A stretch of DNA of 64,000 nt from Candidatus Gastranaerophilaceae bacterium (GTDB lineage Bacteria > Cyanobacteriota > Vampirovibrionia > Gastranaerophilales > Gastranaerophilaceae): positions 587 to 64,586 of the forward strand of contig JAZNBJ010000037.1 of the NCBI GenBank assembly GCA_045586965.1, in the 5' to 3' direction. The position numbers and the translations under genes were made by a program. Positions 59,484 to 64,000 of this stretch are shown in pieces (within the stretch, counting starts at the first letter, position 1; each line of letters starts with the position of its first letter). Below the pieces are notes generated by a model. The model saw only the letters and a list, made by a program, of their open reading frames with translations. It was not told the DNA's origin and ran no database searches.

Positions 59484-60482
59484 TTAGTCTTCTGCACCAG
59501 ATTCTTCTGATTCTTCTGATTCTTCAACAGCTCCACTAATGAAAGCTTGGATACCGCTTTCGATAGCCGAACCAGCCAAAGAAGGACAGTAAACTTCAGT
59601 AGTGATAGGAGTGCTCTTAACATATTGGTTGTCATTGCTCAAATACAAGTTATCGTTTTCGATGATAATGTAGTCGTATTCAGCATCAGCAACTACCATA
59701 CGTTCTTGTTCAATTGAAGGATAAGCACCAGTAAATACATGACCCTTATAACCCATGTTGCTTACTTCAGCGTCACGTACTTGCTTCCAGTAACCCTTAC
59801 CAGGTGTACCTTGAGTCTTAACGATAGTAGCACCAGCAACTTCCTTAGGTTGGTTCATAAACAAAGCATGAGGATCTGTAGTATACAAAGTAGCTTCCAT
59901 AGATACTACTGAGTATTGGTTCAATGAGTTAACACCTTCATTGTCATCCTTAGCAAAAGCAGTTAAAGTAATCTTAGCACCACTCAAAGCAGCTTGGATT
60001 CTGCGGTTAGCATGCTTGTTGATCTTAGCTACCAAAGCAGCAGCAACATCAGCAGCAGTAGTGCTTTCTGCATAAGTTTCGTAAGTGTGAGTAAATTGAC
60101 CTGGAGCTTCGTAGATGTCCTTGTAAACGATACGGATAACGTAACGGTTACCTTCAACGATAGTAGCACCAGTCAAGTTAATTTCGATCTTGTCTTGTAC
60201 AGGAGCTTCGTATTCACCTACTACAGCAGACTTAATACGCTTTTGAATCTAGTTAGAGTATTCTACGTTAGACTTGCTAGCAACTGAACCATCAGGCATA
60301 GTTACATTGATTTTACCCTTACAAACACCAATATACAAAGCGTTTGCTTCAGCAGCATCGGCTGCATCAATAATAGTCTTGTTTTCATCGAATAAAGCAA
60401 CATCACCTACTTGCATAGCATCTACTGTAGAAGCCTCAGTAACTTGCTTACCGATCAATACATTGTGAACTGATTGTATCAT
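59484..60482 (-). CDS. abundant-looking structural protein (332 aa) with acidic SEE-repeat tail
   Basis: The frame runs from ATG 60482 to TAA 59484 with a single TAG at 60249. It joins track ORFs 60249-60482 and 59484-60176. Codon usage is visibly GC-richer than in the neighbouring genes. It has its own leader and terminator. Confidence 0.7.
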
Positions 60483-60576
60483 GTTATAATAGTTTAAAAA
60501 AATTAGACATTAGCGCTTAGTCTATTCGCTTAGTTCTACTCCCTTTTACGGTTTCCACGTCCCAAGCGCCTTTTAA
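60483..60576 (-). promoter_or_regulatory. GC-enriched intergenic leader with direct repeats upstream of 59484-60482
   Basis: CGCTTAGT occurs twice on the + strand (60513-60520 and 60527-60534), with a third GCGC-containing copy nearby. On the minus strand, GGCGCTT and AAGCGCT can pair across about 45 nt. Confidence 0.3.
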
Positions 60577-61302
60577 TTATTCCATTGAGTTTATAATTTC
60601 CTAAGTATAGGAATTATATCTGGGATTAGCCTGGTTCTCAATGTACAGCTAAGCGGCTAACTTAACTATTTCTAAATGAGTATGTTCAGGCATATCTGTA
60701 TATTCGTCAAACGGGTTAGTGTGAATATCAATACGTTGAGGCTTTCTCAAGTAAGACATCCTGTAATTACTTACCTTATACTAACCGTCTGTGTGTAAAT
60801 AAATATTGTTACCTGCAATTAATCTAATTGGTTTAGCTTTGGTATATTTTAACTTATACTCTGATAAAGAATTCTCCTTTATTCTATCTATTGTTTCAAT
60901 AGTACCTTCTATTGTATCAGAATAATGTGAGATGTAATTACCTTCTTCATCTTTCTCCCAGCATTCATTCTCAATTCCATCTGCTGGAGCTATACCCGCT
61001 GTATCACCAAGTAAGATTACGTAGTCTTCAGGCAACTCTACTTGATACTCCTTACTGTTTAAAGTAACAATATCGTCTGTATATACTTTATTTGCTACTA
61101 ATGTACGGAGATCATCTGTACGTTTTTGAGTCTATTCAAAAGACTCTCTTTTAAAGTTATTTTCTGAATAACGAGTCTTCCAGAACTTATCAAGAGCCGT
61201 ATTCAAAAAGTATTCACTTATGTTTGTTTTCGGCTTTGTCAAGTTATCATCTAACTTGTTAAGTTCAATTTCAAACGACTCAAGTAGTTCTATGTTTTTC
61301 AT
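60577..61302 (-). CDS. head-tail joining-type protein, paralog 3 of a tandem trio (241 aa)
   Basis: The frame runs from ATG 61302 to TAA 60577 with TAGs at 61132, 60781, 60649 and 60601. It shares ...YFLNTA... and YLRKPQRI...MPEHTHLEIVKLAA with the two upstream genes. Confidence 0.6.
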
Positions 61303-61304
61303 TA

Positions 61305-62054
61305 TTAATCTTCGTTATTTCTTCTTCTGTCACCAGTACCAGCCAATCTGTACTTAGCTTCAGTAATGAACATTTCAACAGCACCTTCAACAATTTCCAT
61401 GTGAACGTTTTCAGGTAATTCGCAGTGATCCAATACCGTTTCGCCATCAACACCAATTACATCAAACTTCTTAGGTTTGCGATAGTAAACTAAATCTAAT
61501 TTTTTAACGATAGTATAAGTATCGTGGATTATGTTTACAAATAAACTTTCTGCTTCATCTGTAACATTACCCGCATTTAATACAATGTATGGTGTAAGTA
61601 TTATGGCTTTATTATAGTAGGTTGAAATTATTTTTTCTACGTCGTCTTCTCTAATTGGTTTGTTTGGAGCTACTACATATTCATTTTCGTTTTCAATTTC
61701 TTCCTCTATTTTATACATCTTGGATAACAAACTATTTGAACGAATGTACAAAAAGTAATCCTCTGGAAGAGATGCACGGTCGGTTGTTTTATCTGTGTTG
61801 TCAGTATCTGCGTTTTCTACCGCAAACAACCCTCTAACAATCAAACCTTTTAAAGCGTCAGCATTCTTCTTCTGAGCTCTTGTGCCATCTTGCACCATAT
61901 CTTCTTGCAAGTAGTTGTTACGTACATAACGTTCTGTATAAGCATTCAAGAATGAAAAAATCGTATCAGAAGTAACCTTTTCCTTAAGTTCGAAAGCAGG
62001 ATTCATCAATTGAATACGTCTTTCAAACTCCATTTGCATTTCTCTTGCTGTCAT
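61305..62054 (-). CDS. head-tail joining-type protein, paralog 2 (249 aa)
   Basis: Intact ATG..TAA ORF with no TAG. The shared motif is YYRKPKKF...CELPENVHMEIVEGAVE. Confidence 0.7.
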   Translation of the reverse strand: MTAREMQMEFERRIQLMNPAFELKEKVTSDTIFSFLNAYTERYVRNNYLQEDMVQDGTRAQKKNADALKGLIVRGLFAVENADTDNTDKTTDRASLPEDYFLYIRSNSLLSKMYKIEEEIENENEYVVAPNKPIREDDVEKIISTYYNKAIILTPYIVLNAGNVTDEAESLFVNIIHDTYTIVKKLDLVYYRKPKKFDVIGVDGETVLDHCELPENVHMEIVEGAVEMFITEAKYRLAGTGDRRRNNED

Positions 62055-62788
62055 TATTCTTGTAAGTTATTTAAGTTAATTTTAGTTTCAGTTCTCTTAG
62101 ATTCTATATTCTCTAATGCTATGAGGACAGCTCTGTTAATTACTTCGTATAAAACTCTATCGGGAACCTCGGTTATATCGTTGTCGGATTTGTTGTTTAT
62201 CTCTTCAGGATACTTTACATAAGTAATATCTATAGTAAAGGTTTTTCCTGTTACAGATGGATCTACGTATACTGTCAACGTGTTATCTGCAATAACTGCT
62301 ACCGGTACAGGTATCCAAGGGCTGTTGTTGTGAGTTAATAAAAACCTATCAGCAACTTCATGATCTATCATAGTTACTGTTGCTGCATCAGGTCTATTGT
62401 TATCTACTTCACCTTCAGCATCTTCCCAATGCAACACAGCAGATACAAAGAACATTTTTTTACCGTTAGCTTCTTTTCCATCGCCAACTGCCGTGAGTAA
62501 TTCACTTACAGATAACGTATTGCTGGCCAAATCGTCTAATTCAATAGCAATGCCCTTATCAGTTTTAACCAATCCTTCTAAATCTTGAATACGCTTAACA
62601 GTACCTTCAAATGGCACTCTTAATGTATTAGTACCGGTGTACTTATTACATATAACTTCTACGTATGCCTGATTTAAAAACAGATCAATTTCTTCTGGTA
62701 AGAATGCAGGACAACCGCCGAAAGCAACTGCTTCGGCGTTCTTGTCCATCATTACTTTAAATGTCTTATGTATCTCAGATACCTTCAT
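62054..62788 (-). CDS. head-tail joining-type protein, paralog 1 (244 aa)
   Basis: Intact ATG..TAA ORF with no TAG. The shared motif is YVKYPEEI...EVPDRVLYEVINRAVL. It has a TAATG overlap with the next gene. Confidence 0.7.
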   Translation of the reverse strand: MKVSEIHKTFKVMMDKNAEAVAFGGCPAFLPEEIDLFLNQAYVEVICNKYTGTNTLRVPFEGTVKRIQDLEGLVKTDKGIAIELDDLASNTLSVSELLTAVGDGKEANGKKMFFVSAVLHWEDAEGEVDNNRPDAATVTMIDHEVADRFLLTHNNSPWIPVPVAVIADNTLTVYVDPSVTGKTFTIDITYVKYPEEINNKSDNDITEVPDRVLYEVINRAVLIALENIESKRTETKINLNNLQE

Positions 62789-62789
62789 T

Positions 62790-63542
62790 TTACTTAGATT
62801 TTATTTCACCCTTAATAGCAAGTAATATATCTTGATTTTTCTTATCCTTCAAGTATGCAATAGCATCATCCAAACCATTACCAATCAAGTCTGTACCAAA
62901 GTAATACTGAGCCTTGTTCTTTCTAATAATGTTCTTAGAGATTGCTTCTTCAACAATAAAGTTAAATTCCTTATCCTTATTGTTAACCCAACGTAGCATA
63001 AACTTCTCAGGAGCTGTTTCAATTTGTTCGCTGAGTTTAGCTTCAACAAGTTCGTTAGACATAGTGTCTGACTTCATACCATAAATACGTAAGCACTTGC
63101 GCATATCTTCAACAGACATCTTATCCATTTCTCTATAAGCGTCACGCTTAACCTTATTACGCTTGTTAGCTTCTTCAGCTTCAGAATCTTTATTAATTAA
63201 CAAGTAGTCTTTGCTTGGGTTCATAGCACCCATGCCATCAGCTACTCTTTTGTGGTTCTTAAGGAATAAGTATTTCAATTCGTCATAAGGCTTCTCTGTA
63301 TCTAATACCAGATCTCTCTTACCAATTTGCACTGCAAAGGTAGTCCAAAATTCACTACCTGGAGCAAGCTTACCTTCCTCATAACCAAGTTCTTTTTCTA
63401 ATCTTCTTGCATCAGACTCTGTCAATCCTGTGTAAATGTTGCCAGTTCTAGTCCAATACGGTCCTACATAATCAAAAGTAGTAGGCCACTTTGTCAATCC
63501 TGTCCAAGGATTTACTTTTACAATTCTAACGATTACTTCCAT
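62790..63542 (-). CDS. capsid-module protein, unknown function (250 aa)
   Basis: Intact ATG..TAA ORF with no TAG. Confidence 0.7.
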   Translation of the reverse strand: MEVIVRIVKVNPWTGLTKWPTTFDYVGPYWTRTGNIYTGLTESDARRLEKELGYEEGKLAPGSEFWTTFAVQIGKRDLVLDTEKPYDELKYLFLKNHKRVADGMGAMNPSKDYLLINKDSEAEEANKRNKVKRDAYREMDKMSVEDMRKCLRIYGMKSDTMSNELVEAKLSEQIETAPEKFMLRWVNNKDKEFNFIVEEAISKNIIRKNKAQYYFGTDLIGNGLDDAIAYLKDKKNQDILLAIKGEIKSK

Positions 63543-63577
63543 AATATTTCTATTAGATTTATCAAGTTAGTGAATTA

Positions 63578-63593
63578 GGGGCCCGAAGGCCCC
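63578..63593. terminator. GC hairpin after the capsid-like gene
   Basis: GGGGCC-CGAA-GGCCCC lies 22 nt downstream of TAA 63616. The T-run (TTTTAATTATT) is on the + strand side; the minus side has only TAATT. Confidence 0.45.
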
Positions 63594-63615
63594 TTTTAAT
63601 TATTCAATCTGTGAA

Positions 63616-64000
63616 TTAGTCAAGGATCAATTCACCACATGCGCGAGGATCTCTCAACATGATACCCATTTCACCAAGGAAGAATACGGTATAACCGTCC
63701 TTACCATTAGATCTGAGTACGTTCTTGCCATTAGCGTAACCGCTAGGAGCAACAGCACCACCAGTGTACCATGTTACGAATTCACGGCCCTTACGTACAA
63801 CCTTAACTACGTTAGCTTCACCATCACGACGACCAAGATCCAAGAAAGTCATACGATATGATTCCTTTGGCTTCAAGGTTACAGGGTGCAACTCACGGTT
63901 ATAAGTTAAGTCATCATACAATGGGAAATACTTCAAAGTCAACTCGATGCCGTTAGTCATCTTGTAAGTCTTGAATTGACCACCGAAAGTCAAGCTGTCA
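63616..64000 (-). CDS. C-terminal part of a highly expressed structural protein (candidate major capsid protein), 5' truncated by window edge
   Basis: The frame is open to base 64000 and stops at TAA 63616. Codon usage is GC-richer, there is no TAG, and a GC hairpin follows. The MCP assignment rests on position and expression signals only. Confidence 0.4.
   Translation of the reverse strand, partial: DSLTFGGQFKTYKMTNGIELTLKYFPLYDDLTYNRELHPVTLKPKESYRMTFLDLGRRDGEANVVKVVRKGREFVTWYTGGAVAPSGYANGKNVLRSNGKDGYTVFFLGEMGIMLRDPRACGELILD

Noticed and set aside
63578-63600. Treating the GGGGCC hairpin plus T-run as a + strand terminator
   Set aside because: There is no + strand gene anywhere nearby. It sits 22 nt after the stop of a minus-strand structural gene, so I list it as an orientation-ambiguous hairpin.
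9800-64000. Numerous + strand ORFs of 60-180 aa inside the minus-strand module (for example 22532-23074, 52221-52586, 34093-34506, 55371-55664, 44513-44740)
   Set aside because: They lie antisense to long, motif-bearing minus-strand frames. Their composition is Cys/Phe/Leu/Ser-rich and low-complexity, and they have no start context. They are shadow ORFs of an AT-rich genome.
9830-64000. Possibility that TGA or TAA is also reassigned
   Set aside because: Apart from two local frame-break sites, no in-frame TGA or TAA occurs in any reconstructed gene. Both codons terminate genes exactly where the next gene's ATG follows or overlaps.
1-64000. Integrase, repressor or attachment site indicating a temperate element
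   Set aside because: No tyrosine or serine recombinase motifs appear in any frame I read. The tRNA-like locus contains both halves of the acceptor stem rather than a 3' tRNA fragment typical of attP.

Overview
AT-rich fragment of a crAss-like (Crassvirales-type) phage genome with two convergent modules. Bases 1-9.7 kb (+ strand) hold the replication module: a PolB fragment that starts inside motif A, a DnaB-like helicase, a Sak4/AAA_24-like ATPase, an SSB-like protein, a Toprim primase, an AAA+ ATPase, two PD-(D/E)XK nucleases, an HNH homing endonuclease and an aberrant 122-nt tRNA-like gene. Bases 9.8-64 kb (- strand) hold capsid-proximal genes, tail fibres, a lysis cassette, tail/ejection proteins and two giant cargo ORFs. 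The main result is that TAG is not a stop codon here. The ORF-track pieces on the minus strand are same-frame fragments separated only by TAG. By hand count there are about 130 in-frame TAGs, and every terminus I checked is TAA or TGA. Reading through TAG gives a 5,330-codon ORF (15250-31242), which carries the crAss-type virion RNA polymerase DFDID motif, an HExxH motif and a SLOG-like C-terminus. It also gives a 1,802-codon polyvalent ORF (9830-15238), a 1,930-codon fibre with a CotH-like region, and roughly 25 further genes the track misses or truncates. Aligned internal repeats place TAG opposite CAA, which supports TAG=Gln. All domain calls are motif recognition by eye; no searches were run.
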